A DNA stretch of 64,000 bases, from NCBI GenBank assembly GCA_016929895.1, contig JAFGHW010000001.1, positions 135-64,134 on the forward strand. Reading direction: 5' to 3'. Below the pieces are notes generated by a model that did no database searches, was not told where the DNA came from, and saw only the letters and a program-made list of their open reading frames with translations. Positions within the stretch are counted from its first letter, which is position 1. Each line of letters starts with the position of its first letter. The DNA comes from Candidatus Woesearchaeota archaeon. Its GTDB lineage: Archaea > Nanobdellota > Nanobdellia > Woesearchaeales > ARS49. Shown here piece after piece: positions 48,397 through 59,203 of this stretch. The position numbers and the translations under genes were made by a program.

Positions 48397-49446
48397 ATGA
48401 ACAATAAAAAATTAATTGGAATATTATTTGCAATGATTTTGTTAGTTAGCATTATTGTTAACGGAGACACAATAAATATCGGAGACAAAATATATCGTGA
48501 AGAAGAACCGCCAAAAGAAAAAATACCAGAACCACAAGAAGAAAAATATCCGATTTTAGACGTATTTGTAACAACAAAAAAACCAGCAACAAGCGCAGAA
48601 GAATTCTTAGAAGAAGATGAATACCCATTTCCAGAAGAAATAGTAACAAAAAAAAGACTGACAGCAGAAGAATATGAACAATTAGAAGCATGGAAAAAAA
48701 GAAAAGCACAAAGTACAGGAGAACCAAGACCATTAGTTGCAGCATCACAATTCCTAACATATTATGAAGAATACAAAGGATTTGCACGATTTGGCTCGTT
48801 ATTCTTTACAAGCGACGGATGGGAAAGACACAGAGAAAAAATAAACCAAATATTCTGCGACACAATACTCTTAGGAGGAACACAATGCTGGACCTCAAGA
48901 ATATGCGACACACAACTATACCCGCTAGTTCCAAGAAGCGTATTTGCAGGAAGAACACCGAGCGGAGAAAGAACAGCAACAGCAAGCATACAAGGAGAAA
49001 AATCATTAACAATACAAGGAGTAGACGATTTTGACAATCCAGTAACACTCCGCCTTTACAAAACAACATATGCAATAAACAACCCATACGAAGAACAAAC
49101 AATAGAATACAACATACAATACAGAACAGAAGATGGATTTAAAATAAACTGGTTTAATGATTCCCAAACAATTCCGCCAGGAACAAGCGCAAAAAGAACA
49201 GAAGCAAATCCACTAATAGACTATGGAAAAAATGATTACACAGAAGCATGCATAATATTCCACCCATCAATAATAGACTACAGAAACTATCTGGGCAGAA
49301 GAATAAGAGAATGGTGCACTCCAATAATAGAATACGTTGGAACAGCAACAAAACCATACCCCACAGCAACAAACACAACAGAAGAAACACCAACACCACA
49401 AGCACCAGAAGAACTTCCGCAAACATCTGGAAAAACAGGTTTTTAA
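48397..49446 (+). CDS. Secreted protein H (350 aa). The start is taken at the internal Met of track ORF 48346..49446.
   Basis: Signal peptide MNNKKLIGILFAMILLVSIIVNG. Acidic Pro/Glu-rich N-region. Thr/Pro-rich C-terminus. Confidence 0.4.
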   Translation: MNNKKLIGILFAMILLVSIIVNGDTINIGDKIYREEEPPKEKIPEPQEEKYPILDVFVTTKKPATSAEEFLEEDEYPFPEEIVTKKRLTAEEYEQLEAWKKRKAQSTGEPRPLVAASQFLTYYEEYKGFARFGSLFFTSDGWERHREKINQIFCDTILLGGTQCWTSRICDTQLYPLVPRSVFAGRTPSGERTATASIQGEKSLTIQGVDDFDNPVTLRLYKTTYAINNPYEEQTIEYNIQYRTEDGFKINWFNDSQTIPPGTSAKRTEANPLIDYGKNDYTEACIIFHPSIIDYRNYLGRRIREWCTPIIEYVGTATKPYPTATNTTEETPTPQAPEELPQTSGKTGF

Positions 49447-49447
49447 A

Positions 49448-50227
49448 ATGAAACAAATGAAAAAAGAAAAAAAATCAATCAAACAAATAATACAAAGAAC
49501 TTTTACAGAATTTTTAGCCAGCTTTAAAGACAAAAACATAATATGGGTATTTTCCTATGACATATGCTTTTTGCTAACCGCCGGAATACTGGCAAAAGCA
49601 GCATCAAAACTAATGTCAACACAATTAGCCAGATTAGGACTAACAAACGTGCAATCACTAACACCAGAAATAATAAGCCAACAACTTGGAGCAATAAAAA
49701 CACTTGCAATAACCTTTTTCATAATAATAATCATTTTTTATCTGCTGTTAATACTCGATTATGCATTATTCAGAGCATGGATATGGACCAAATTATTAAA
49801 CCAAAAACCAACAAAAGCATTTGTAAAACGATTTTTTATATTAAACCTGATTTGGGCAACCGGCTGGGTTACACTGTTTGGCATAGGAGCAACAATACTA
49901 ACCCCAGAATACTATGTTTACATGCTTGGGATAGGAACAATCCTGTACATACACCTAACAACAGTGCTGCATCACAGCTTTGCATGGAAACAAGAAATCA
50001 AAAGAGCAATAGGAAAAGCATTTACAACAGGAATAGGCCATACCGGCTTGTTTTTTATACCATATATTTATATAATAATTATTTATATAATCCTAACAAA
50101 AGCATTTACACTAATACCAGAACAAATACAGTATCCTGCAATATTTTTGATTATCATAATATTCATGGCCTGGTACAGAGTCTATATGAACCAGGTTATA
50201 AAAAACATAGAAAAAAGAGGTATATAA
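49448..50227 (+). CDS. Polytopic membrane protein I (~5 TM). The start is taken at 49448 (MKQMKKEKK), downstream of the track ORF start 49337.
   Basis: Hydrophobic segments throughout. ATG 2 nt after the preceding stop. Confidence 0.4.
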   Translation: MKQMKKEKKSIKQIIQRTFTEFLASFKDKNIIWVFSYDICFLLTAGILAKAASKLMSTQLARLGLTNVQSLTPEIISQQLGAIKTLAITFFIIIIIFYLLLILDYALFRAWIWTKLLNQKPTKAFVKRFFILNLIWATGWVTLFGIGATILTPEYYVYMLGIGTILYIHLTTVLHHSFAWKQEIKRAIGKAFTTGIGHTGLFFIPYIYIIIIYIILTKAFTLIPEQIQYPAIFLIIIIFMAWYRVYMNQVIKNIEKRGI

Positions 50228-52191
50228 TGGGGAAAAAAGCACAAGTTACGCTTTTCATAATATTGGGCGTAATACTCCTTCTAAGCATAGGACTGGTAGT
50301 TTACTTAACAACACAAAGAGTAGTAAAACCAGTAGAAGAAAAACTAATCATACCAGAAGGAACAGAACAAGTATACGAATACATATCAGAATGCGTTTAT
50401 CAAACAGCAAAAGAAGGAATAATCAAACTTGGACTGCAAGGAGGATATGTAAACATGCCTGCAGAAATAAAAAACACGCCTGCAAGCCGTATTTCCCTAG
50501 ACCCTTATGAAGCCTTTTACATACCGTACTGGTTTTATCAAAACCAAGACAGAACACCAACACTAGAACTTCTACAAATGGAAATTGATTCATACCTAAG
50601 ACAAAGACTGCAAGACTGCGTTGATTTTTCAAGCTTTACACCCCAGTACAATGTTAGAACAAGAGGGGAATTCATCCCAAAAACAACAATAACAAAAGAC
50701 AAAGTAATAGTAGAACTAATCTGGCCAATAGAAATAATCAAAACAGACAAAACAATCCAATTAAACAAAATAGTAAAGGAAATCGATGTCAAGCTAAAAG
50801 AAATCTATGACATAGCCACAACAACAATGGAATTTGAAAACAAAAAAGCGGCATTTGAAAACATAACACTAGGACTAATATCTGCAAATCCAGACATACC
50901 AACAAACGGAATGATACTAGACTGTACGCCAACAAGATGGTATTTACATGAAATAGAACAAGAAACAAAAAACATGCTTGCCTACAATATTCCATCAGTA
51001 AGAATAGAAAACACACCATACACTCCATTTGATGCATCAAGAAGAACATATTCAAACCTGGAAAAAGATTACGAAGACATACTCAAAGAATTAGAAAAAG
51101 ACAAACAACCAAAATTTCCGTCTGAAACACCAGATGATTCCTATGAATATTTCAAAATGCTGTTAGACATAGGAATCAAGCCAACAGAAATAAAAACAGG
51201 ATTTATCTACAGGCCAGAATGGGAACTAACAATAATACCGTACCCGCACCAAGGAAATGTGCTAAAATCAAACAAAATACAAGGAGCAAGAAAATACCTA
51301 AGCTACTTATGCCTAAACCAATGGCACTTTGTATATGACATAGAACATCCAGTTGTAATGATTTTAAAAGATGACACAGCATTCAAAGGGGAAGGATACA
51401 CATTCCAATTCGCATTCCCTGTGTTAATTGATGACAATGAAGCAAAAAGAGAAATACTAGACCGAAGACAATTCACAACAGACAAATACTATTATGAATT
51501 CTGCGAAGAAACAGGAGAAAAAACATACGACATAAGAGCAATAGGAATAACACCAGGAGCAATGTTTGCAACAGAACTAGAAGGAGCAAACATCACATAT
51601 ACCTGCTTTAACAGATACTGTGAACTAGGAAAAACAATAGGTGATGGTGGAATCTACCGCCTAAGAACCTCATTACCAACCGGCTGTGTAAACCCATTTA
51701 TTGCAGCATCAAAACAAGGATATTTACCTTCAACAAAACAAATGACAGAAGATACAATAGAAATTCCTCTGAAAAAATTGAAAAAAATGAATTACAAGAT
51801 AATCATACACAAGTACAATTCATTAACAGGACAATACGAACAAACCAGAACAGAACTAAAAGACACTGAAAACATTGCAATAGTCCTGGGAATACTTGAC
51901 TCAGACCATTACCAATACAAAACATACACTGAAGAAGACACAATAGACCTTGTAGACGGAACAGCAGACTATGAAATAGACATATTACTAACACGGGTTG
52001 ACTCTTTGGTAGGAGGATACAGCCAAGAAAAAGTAAAAATCGATTACAACGAACTTGCAGGAAAAAATACAATCGTATTCCACATATTTGAATACTCACC
52101 AGTCCCTCTAAATGATGAAGGAAGAGCAAAACTTGCAAATTATCTCTATGAAGGAGAATATGATGCTATTTTAAAACCAACATTTGAATAA
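50227..52191 (+). CDS. Large (654 aa) surface protein P3 with a class III signal-peptide-like N-terminus (MGKKA|QVTLFIILGVILLLSIG). Paralogue of P1 and P2. It is the in-frame C-terminal part of track ORF 49564..52191.
   Basis: Shared blocks GLQGGYVN, PYWFYQ, FKGEGYTFQFA. AGAGGT SD before the ATG at 50227. Confidence 0.55.
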   Translation: MGKKAQVTLFIILGVILLLSIGLVVYLTTQRVVKPVEEKLIIPEGTEQVYEYISECVYQTAKEGIIKLGLQGGYVNMPAEIKNTPASRISLDPYEAFYIPYWFYQNQDRTPTLELLQMEIDSYLRQRLQDCVDFSSFTPQYNVRTRGEFIPKTTITKDKVIVELIWPIEIIKTDKTIQLNKIVKEIDVKLKEIYDIATTTMEFENKKAAFENITLGLISANPDIPTNGMILDCTPTRWYLHEIEQETKNMLAYNIPSVRIENTPYTPFDASRRTYSNLEKDYEDILKELEKDKQPKFPSETPDDSYEYFKMLLDIGIKPTEIKTGFIYRPEWELTIIPYPHQGNVLKSNKIQGARKYLSYLCLNQWHFVYDIEHPVVMILKDDTAFKGEGYTFQFAFPVLIDDNEAKREILDRRQFTTDKYYYEFCEETGEKTYDIRAIGITPGAMFATELEGANITYTCFNRYCELGKTIGDGGIYRLRTSLPTGCVNPFIAASKQGYLPSTKQMTEDTIEIPLKKLKKMNYKIIIHKYNSLTGQYEQTRTELKDTENIAIVLGILDSDHYQYKTYTEEDTIDLVDGTADYEIDILLTRVDSLVGGYSQEKVKIDYNELAGKNTIVFHIFEYSPVPLNDEGRAKLANYLYEGEYDAILKPTFE

Positions 52192-52194
52192 AAA

Positions 52195-55100
52195 ATGAAA
52201 ACAAAAAAAACAATTGCAATAATGATGATGGTTTTAATAGTGATGATGCCAATTGTTTATTCAGAACCTTCTGAAACATTTGAATTATTTGCAACAGTGC
52301 CGACTGCAACAAAAGACAACACAGTAACAATAACAGGAACAACCAAAGCAAACATTGATGTAGTTGTAAGCGTAAACAAAGCGCGTGTTGCTGAAATAAT
52401 AAGCGATTCTAATGGAGAATTCTCAACATCACCAATTACTCTTGTTCAAGAAAACAATGACATAACCATAAAAGCAACAGATTCCCAAGGAAACATCAGA
52501 ACATTAACCTACAATATAAAACTAGACAACAGTCCTCCAAAAGTTACTTACATAAACATACCAACAGGAAGCCAAACAAGAACAATAACCATCACTGGAA
52601 CAACAAATGAACCAGTAACAATTGACTGGAAAACAAGCAATTTAACAATCTACAAATCAGTTCAAGCAAAGGATACTTTTAATTTTAATATTGACTTAGA
52701 AGACGGATTAAACAAACTCGAACTAATAGCAAAAGACTCGGCAGGAAATCAAGACAAGCAAGAATTTGAAATAATGCACGATGTAGTTGCACCAAGCTTT
52801 TTATTAACAAACCTTGACGGACTAGACAATTGCTATCTGGATTTCCCGGCAATAAAAGGAAAAAAAGTCGACATAACAGGACAATTAAATGAAAAAGCAA
52901 CAATATTTGTATATGTAAACCATGAATCAAACCCAAGCAAAGTAAGAACAACAGATGAAACAGGATATTTCAGAATAAAAGATGTTCTGCTTGAAGGAAC
53001 ACTAAAAATAAAAACAAGCCCAACACAAACAACAATAGAAACAGGAAACCAATACGAAAATCACATCCGACTTGTTGCAAAAGACCTTGCAGGAAATGAA
53101 GCCCAAATAGAAAAAACAATCACCTGCGAAACATGCGGAGGGGGCGCAGCAGGATATTCATTAAACACAGCATCAGCACTACAAGCAATGACACCGACAG
53201 AATTATTGCCAAGCCTTTTAATAACAGGCATAGAAACAATTACAATACCATTTAACCTAAGCTATGTCGGACTAAATGAAGCAGCAATACGGAGCATACA
53301 AGTAACACCAGTAATAATGGGGCCGGAATATGAAAAAGACTATGATAATGACAAAATAACTGCATCAGTCCTGCCTTTATACTCCAGAGACAAGCAAACA
53401 GCAACAGGAATCATACAAATAAAAATAAACAAATTCGACCCATTAGGAAGTTCTGAAAAAGATGCAACACACTACAGAAGAGAATACAATGTATCAAGGC
53501 ACAGATATGGAAAATGCGCATTCCAGCCAGAACTAGGAAAAGACTTAGATTACGGATGCATGAGATTCTTTCTAATGATGGAAGTACAATACCAAGAAAC
53601 AACTGAACAAACTTATCTAGACCCAAATGTCCAGCAAACAGGACTAAAAAGAGAAAACAAAATACAAAAAATCTGTTTTTCAAACATAGAAGTATCAATA
53701 GCCAAAGTAACAGAACAGTATATTCCTAAAAAAATGGTCAAAAAATGGATAAAAAACATAGACCATATCCTAAAAAAAGCAGAACCAGTAAAAGAATATC
53801 TTGACACTGCAACAGAATATGCAACTTACACATGCCTGGCAAGCGCAGGAACACTTGCACTTGCAAGACTGGCAGAACTAACAACGTGCCAAATATCAGA
53901 ATGGATTGCCTCTATTGGAGAAGCCAGCTGGCACTCAGAAATAGCAGAAGCAGGAATATGCGAACTAGTATATCATGAAGATTTTGATAAAAAGGGCAGT
54001 GAAAAAGGAATCAAAGGAAATGAAAGAGCAAGAAACTCATGCATAGCCTGCTCTGAAATGATAGGACTAAGAAAATGGATAGAATATGAAGTAATGCACC
54101 GTGCATGCGACAGAGTCGGGTGTCCTGCAGCCAAAACATTCAAATCATACATTCAAGACAAAGCAGGAAAAATAAACGACATAACACCATACATAAAAAC
54201 TCATTTTGACAAAGCAAAAGCACAAGGAAAAGAAACAGAAAGCAAAATGCAGACAATACTAACAGAACACGGCGCGCCAATGACACAACAAACAAATGTT
54301 GCCAACAAGAGAGTATTTGTAGGAAATGACTGCGGATTTACAACAACACCAAAATACATCAGCACAACATACAGCGACATTTCTGGAAAAGGAATAAAAA
54401 CATTATACGAATACACAAAAGCCCAAGGACCAAGAGAATACTGCACAAAATATTTGCGGGCAGCACAGCCAGAATGCTGCGGCATAAATTATGCGCGCGA
54501 ATGGAGCACAGCATGCGGAATAGGACAAGTAAGCGGAGAAAATGTTTTCTTACTAGACACATTTGACGAACTAAAAGAAAGCACATGCTATGCAGCAAGA
54601 CAAGCAGGAGACCCGTCAGCAGCAGGAACAGGAATAGACTGCAGCGGAGGAATGCTATGGAATGCAATGGCAGGATTTTGCGAGCCAAACACAGGGGCTG
54701 CAGTAGACGAAGTAATCCACACAGGAATGAATTACGAACCAAGAAAACAAGACTCAGAAGACAACAGAGTTTATGTATTTGTAACACCAGAAATAAATGC
54801 AAAAAAAGAAACAGAAGACTATAAAATATACCGCGGATATGCTGTCAATAAACTAAAATACGAAGCCAACAAAGAAGAACACAAAGACGCAAAAAGATTA
54901 ACACAATCATTATACAAAGTTTATGACAGTGAAAACCTTGCGCATATTTTCAAAAACGAAAAAACTAGTGACAAACAAAAACAAGCTGAACTGAAAACAG
55001 CACTATGCGAAAAAAATAAAAAACAAGATGTTGAAAAATGCGAGAATATAGAAAGAACATACAACAGAATAAAAGAAATAATCGGTTCAGAAGACAACAA

Positions 55101-57792
55101 AGAATACATTGTAAGAGCAGACACAGGACTATTACGCTCAATACAATGCATCTGCTTTCCAGCTGTAAAAGCATGGGTAGACCAATGGCTTAAAATCCTG
55201 ACAATGCTGCGCAACTGCCTGGCAACAGTAGAAATAGGAAAAGGAGATGCAGGAGTATGCGATGATTTCTTATCACAAGTAGTATGCGACAGAATATATG
55301 AATTACTAAAATGCTTTTCAAGCAAAATCGGATGGTCAGGAGCAGGAAAAAGAATAACAGGAGACTTTGGAATAGGAAGCATAATAGGAATACTAACCAA
55401 TACTGCATCAGAAATGAGCAAAACAATGGAATCAAGATATGGCGAAACAAGCATGTGGACAGCATTATTCAATGAACGCGACCTTGTACACGGAGTATGC
55501 ATGTGGGCATTCACAGGAAAATATGACCTGCAAATAGAACAAATAGTCCAGCACACAACAGAAGAAATCGCAATAGAAAGCCAGCCATTCATAGGAGAAT
55601 GCAAACGATACTTCAGAGGATATTCACCAACAACAGTGCCAACAGGACTAACAACATGGGCATATGAATGCGGAATGGCAATGGTAGCCGGAGCAAATAT
55701 AACCTACCAAATAAAACTACAATGCAGCAATGACTTCAGATGCTCTGAAAAAGACGGATTTAGAAACAATGAATGCGACTGCGTAGGAAAAGACCGGCCG
55801 CAAATACACATAGCAGAAAGAGGACCAATGAACAAAGGAGACATGTTCAACAAGAAATTCACCTGGCCAATACAAGCAGGACAATCAGGCTCAAAATACA
55901 GGTATGACACAGCAATACTATACTATGAATGGATAGACCCAAAAACAAATGAAAAAAGATCAAACCAAGCAACAAGATACATAGGACAAGCAGGAGCAGA
56001 ACCATTTGGATTCTGCGCATTTGACCCAGTCACAGTCGCATTTAGATGCCAGTTTGGAAAACAAGAAGGAAGCATAAAAATCAAAGACATAGACCCAGAC
56101 TACAAAGACAGCGAGCATCCAACAAAGAAAACAAAAGTATTCTTCATGGACCAGCCATTCACATTTGAAGCAAAAATCAAACAAAAAATGCCAGACGACC
56201 CGGCAGAACAACAGGAAGCAAAAAAATTCCTATACTACAAAATAATTAATCACGCAGGAAGCACTGTAAAAGAAATAAAACCAGAAGAAGACACTGCAGT
56301 CTGGGTATTTGAATCAAACGGAGACTACACAGAAGAAATAGAAATAGAACTTCCAGAAGATGACATAAAAAAATATCTAGACCAAACACCAGGAGAAATA
56401 GCAATGGCACAAATAGAAACAGACGGAACAACAAAAACAGCAGAACCAACAGATTACATATCATCATACACAGTATTCAAAAGAGAAAAAAAAGAAAAAG
56501 GCAAAGAAGAAATCAAAAGCATCTCAGCAATAATAGAAATGACCTCAGAAGAAATAGCAATATACAACACAAGAAGCAAAACAGCAAGCACGTTCTACAA
56601 AGGAGACATAATGCTAGCAAAACAACCAAATGAAGAAGGCGAATTACATGTTCCATCAGAAGTAAACCAATACCAAATAAAAGTGACAATAGAAAAACTT
56701 CCAGAACCAGGACAAACAGTACGCATATACGTTCCTGCACAAACCTCTTTAGTGCCGACTCCATTAAAAACCAAAGACCCGGCAGACTGGAGAGCAATAT
56801 TCACTTTATACGATGCAAACAAATACGGAGAAACAACAGACCAAGTAACAATAAGCCCTGACGGGCAAAAACAAATAAAAGAAGTCACTTTCAAAGTAGC
56901 AGGCATGACAGAAGAAGAAGGCGGAAAATTTGTAGCAGAAGAGAAAAAAGAAATATCCAAACCAACACCTAGTAAATACATGTTAATACAACCTCCATAT
57001 AAATTTTATTCAGAAGATAGTGGCAAGACATGGACAGTATATAAAACTCAGCCTGATTTAACAGTTGACGTAGTTGATAAAGATTTAGATATTCAAAAGG
57101 TTGAAACAAAATATGACGTAACAGAAAAAGAACTGCTAATACCCATGGTTAATGTTGAAATAATTTCTCCTCAAAAATCAATAATTGGACTGAGATTGCC
57201 TATTATTAATACAGGATTAAAAGTCACATTTGAAGCAGAGGCAACAGGAGGAACAGGAACCGGATACACATATGAATGGCTCATCTCAGGAAAAACATAT
57301 ACCGGCAATAAATTCAGTATTGATTATTCAACTAAAGACGACTTTAAAGAAGGACAAGGAGAACAAGCACACATTATTGCCACAGATAGCGCAGGAAATG
57401 GCAATACTGAAACTATAACATTTTATCCGCGAACTCGTAATTCGCATGTTATTTTATTAAATGATGGCACTAGTTTTTTAGAACAAGATAAACTAGATTT
57501 TGAATATATAGATAATGAATGGCAATTGCTTACTCAGAGTTGGAGAATGGAAGAAGCATACTCCGGCGGTATTGATCCGTGGTGGAACAAGATTTTTGAA
57601 GAAATGCGAAAAGTAAAAAATGATTATTCCCAAGGAGTGGAAGTCCTTGTCAAAGCAACTAATAAAGAATGGGGAACAAGACGAGGCATTGATCCATATT
57701 TAGTTGTTATGAGATCTAAATATCAAGAGTTAACTCATAAGTGTTGTGATATTGATGCAGAAGAAGTTAAACAGCAAGCCAGAGAAAATTAA
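52195..57792 (+). CDS. Giant (1865 aa) secreted protein K: signal peptide, tandem Ig-like domains, the shared Cys-rich module (CICFPAVKAWVDQWLKILTMLRNC...) and a long C-terminal beta-rich region.
   Basis: Signal peptide MKTKKTIAIMMMVLIVMMPIVYS. N-terminal Ig-like repeats (TVTITGTT...; TITITGTT...). Single uninterrupted ORF. Confidence 0.6.
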   Translation: MKTKKTIAIMMMVLIVMMPIVYSEPSETFELFATVPTATKDNTVTITGTTKANIDVVVSVNKARVAEIISDSNGEFSTSPITLVQENNDITIKATDSQGNIRTLTYNIKLDNSPPKVTYINIPTGSQTRTITITGTTNEPVTIDWKTSNLTIYKSVQAKDTFNFNIDLEDGLNKLELIAKDSAGNQDKQEFEIMHDVVAPSFLLTNLDGLDNCYLDFPAIKGKKVDITGQLNEKATIFVYVNHESNPSKVRTTDETGYFRIKDVLLEGTLKIKTSPTQTTIETGNQYENHIRLVAKDLAGNEAQIEKTITCETCGGGAAGYSLNTASALQAMTPTELLPSLLITGIETITIPFNLSYVGLNEAAIRSIQVTPVIMGPEYEKDYDNDKITASVLPLYSRDKQTATGIIQIKINKFDPLGSSEKDATHYRREYNVSRHRYGKCAFQPELGKDLDYGCMRFFLMMEVQYQETTEQTYLDPNVQQTGLKRENKIQKICFSNIEVSIAKVTEQYIPKKMVKKWIKNIDHILKKAEPVKEYLDTATEYATYTCLASAGTLALARLAELTTCQISEWIASIGEASWHSEIAEAGICELVYHEDFDKKGSEKGIKGNERARNSCIACSEMIGLRKWIEYEVMHRACDRVGCPAAKTFKSYIQDKAGKINDITPYIKTHFDKAKAQGKETESKMQTILTEHGAPMTQQTNVANKRVFVGNDCGFTTTPKYISTTYSDISGKGIKTLYEYTKAQGPREYCTKYLRAAQPECCGINYAREWSTACGIGQVSGENVFLLDTFDELKESTCYAARQAGDPSAAGTGIDCSGGMLWNAMAGFCEPNTGAAVDEVIHTGMNYEPRKQDSEDNRVYVFVTPEINAKKETEDYKIYRGYAVNKLKYEANKEEHKDAKRLTQSLYKVYDSENLAHIFKNEKTSDKQKQAELKTALCEKNKKQDVEKCENIERTYNRIKEIIGSEDNKEYIVRADTGLLRSIQCICFPAVKAWVDQWLKILTMLRNCLATVEIGKGDAGVCDDFLSQVVCDRIYELLKCFSSKIGWSGAGKRITGDFGIGSIIGILTNTASEMSKTMESRYGETSMWTALFNERDLVHGVCMWAFTGKYDLQIEQIVQHTTEEIAIESQPFIGECKRYFRGYSPTTVPTGLTTWAYECGMAMVAGANITYQIKLQCSNDFRCSEKDGFRNNECDCVGKDRPQIHIAERGPMNKGDMFNKKFTWPIQAGQSGSKYRYDTAILYYEWIDPKTNEKRSNQATRYIGQAGAEPFGFCAFDPVTVAFRCQFGKQEGSIKIKDIDPDYKDSEHPTKKTKVFFMDQPFTFEAKIKQKMPDDPAEQQEAKKFLYYKIINHAGSTVKEIKPEEDTAVWVFESNGDYTEEIEIELPEDDIKKYLDQTPGEIAMAQIETDGTTKTAEPTDYISSYTVFKREKKEKGKEEIKSISAIIEMTSEEIAIYNTRSKTASTFYKGDIMLAKQPNEEGELHVPSEVNQYQIKVTIEKLPEPGQTVRIYVPAQTSLVPTPLKTKDPADWRAIFTLYDANKYGETTDQVTISPDGQKQIKEVTFKVAGMTEEEGGKFVAEEKKEISKPTPSKYMLIQPPYKFYSEDSGKTWTVYKTQPDLTVDVVDKDLDIQKVETKYDVTEKELLIPMVNVEIISPQKSIIGLRLPIINTGLKVTFEAEATGGTGTGYTYEWLISGKTYTGNKFSIDYSTKDDFKEGQGEQAHIIATDSAGNGNTETITFYPRTRNSHVILLNDGTSFLEQDKLDFEYIDNEWQLLTQSWRMEEAYSGGIDPWWNKIFEEMRKVKNDYSQGVEVLVKATNKEWGTRRGIDPYLVVMRSKYQELTHKCCDIDAEEVKQQAREN

Positions 57793-57856
57793 AAAACCTT
57801 TATATATAATAAAAGCAAAAAATATTAAAAAAGGTGATAAATTGCAAAAAATAATG

Positions 57857-58444
57857 GGATTTTTTTTCTTTATATCATTCTTAGGATTTGGACTGATGCT
57901 TGGAGGACTATACATAATATCAACAGGAGAATTTGTTCTTCAGCCAATAGAAGAATTCGGTCTGTTTGAAACATCGCAAATGTTCAGCACAGGACAAGCA
58001 TTTGAACAACCAACACTGACAGTACAACCACAACTTCAGGAAGGAGAAATGCCAAAAGACTCATTAATACCTGCAGACATACAATTATACGTCAATAGAA
58101 TACCAGTAGCAGCCAATTTTCAATCAGCATTCATACCCATATATCACGATGACATGAAAACCTTTTCAGGAAAATTCGGGCCATATGATTTTGACCCAAG
58201 ACAATTCATAGGAGCAAAGCTATGCTCTTTTCCAAAAACATTCCCAGACATGCTAAACTGCGAAACAGTAGCATTAAACTATGCAAACGGCTATGTTCAT
58301 TTTGCAAGAGGATACATGCATGACGAATACATAGGAAGACAAGCACTAAAAAATTACGGCGCAGTATATTTTATAGTAAGCCCGACATACGGCAACATAG
58401 CCCAAAGCCCAACTGCAATCATAAAGGTGGTAGAACATGACTGA
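57857..58444 (+). CDS. Membrane-anchored protein L (N-terminal TM MGFFFFISFLGFGLMLGGLYII). An alternative TTG start at 57842 follows an AGGTGA SD.
   Basis: Internal start of track ORF 57746..58444, chosen to avoid a 47-nt overlap with K. Confidence 0.35.
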   Translation, partial: GFFFFISFLGFGLMLGGLYIISTGEFVLQPIEEFGLFETSQMFSTGQAFEQPTLTVQPQLQEGEMPKDSLIPADIQLYVNRIPVAANFQSAFIPIYHDDMKTFSGKFGPYDFDPRQFIGAKLCSFPKTFPDMLNCETVALNYANGYVHFARGYMHDEYIGRQALKNYGAVYFIVSPTYGNIAQSPTAIIKVVEHD

Positions 58445-59162
58445 ACAAACAAAAACAGTATTCTTTGCAATCATTGCATTAACAGGAATGATGGCATTAT
58501 TCTTCACAATAGGAAACAACCTAGAAACAACAGGACAATCAATAGGCCATACACAAGCAGTAAATTATGAAGCACAAACAAAAGTTACAGCATCAGGAAG
58601 CTTTGGAGGACTAGGAAATGGAAGAGCATCACTAAGTTTTTCTACCTCTGCAGGACCTGCAACAGGAACATTCTCAGGAGAATATGAATCCGGACCAATA
58701 CAAGCAATATACAACGGACAATTATCAGGAACATTTGCAGGAGGAGACGGAGGAACAGTTTCAGGAACAATGAGCGGAAGAGGACAAATGCTGTCAGGAA
58801 ACCTACAACAAGGATGGCAGCCAATAAGCGGAACATTCAAAGGAATAATATCATTTTCAAAAGGAACAGTAACAGGAAACTGGAATGGCGGACAATCAGG
58901 AGGACAATTTAATCTACGCTTTACACCAATACAAGGAATACAAAAAGCAACAACACCATCAACAGTCACACAATACGGAGTAACAACAACACAAGTAGAA
59001 GCACCATTAGGATACTGCAAATGCAGAACAAGCAGACCATACATAGTAGGAGTAGGAGGAGACCCATACGGAACATCAGAAGGACTAGACTTCAAAGGAT
59101 TCATGACATACCAAGCATGCCAGAACACCTGCCCTGGAAGATATGTATGGAGAGAGAGGTAG
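58437..59162 (+). CDS. Membrane-anchored Gly/Thr/Ser-rich repeat protein M with a Cys-containing C-terminus.
   Basis: N-terminal TM. Repeated GTFxG / SGxxxG blocks. C-terminal CKCRTSRPY...CQNTCPGRY. Confidence 0.4.
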   Translation: MTEQTKTVFFAIIALTGMMALFFTIGNNLETTGQSIGHTQAVNYEAQTKVTASGSFGGLGNGRASLSFSTSAGPATGTFSGEYESGPIQAIYNGQLSGTFAGGDGGTVSGTMSGRGQMLSGNLQQGWQPISGTFKGIISFSKGTVTGNWNGGQSGGQFNLRFTPIQGIQKATTPSTVTQYGVTTTQVEAPLGYCKCRTSRPYIVGVGGDPYGTSEGLDFKGFMTYQACQNTCPGRYVWRER

Positions 59163-59203
59163 AATTATTGTAAATATAAATTAAAAAATAATAAAGAAAG
59201 TAT

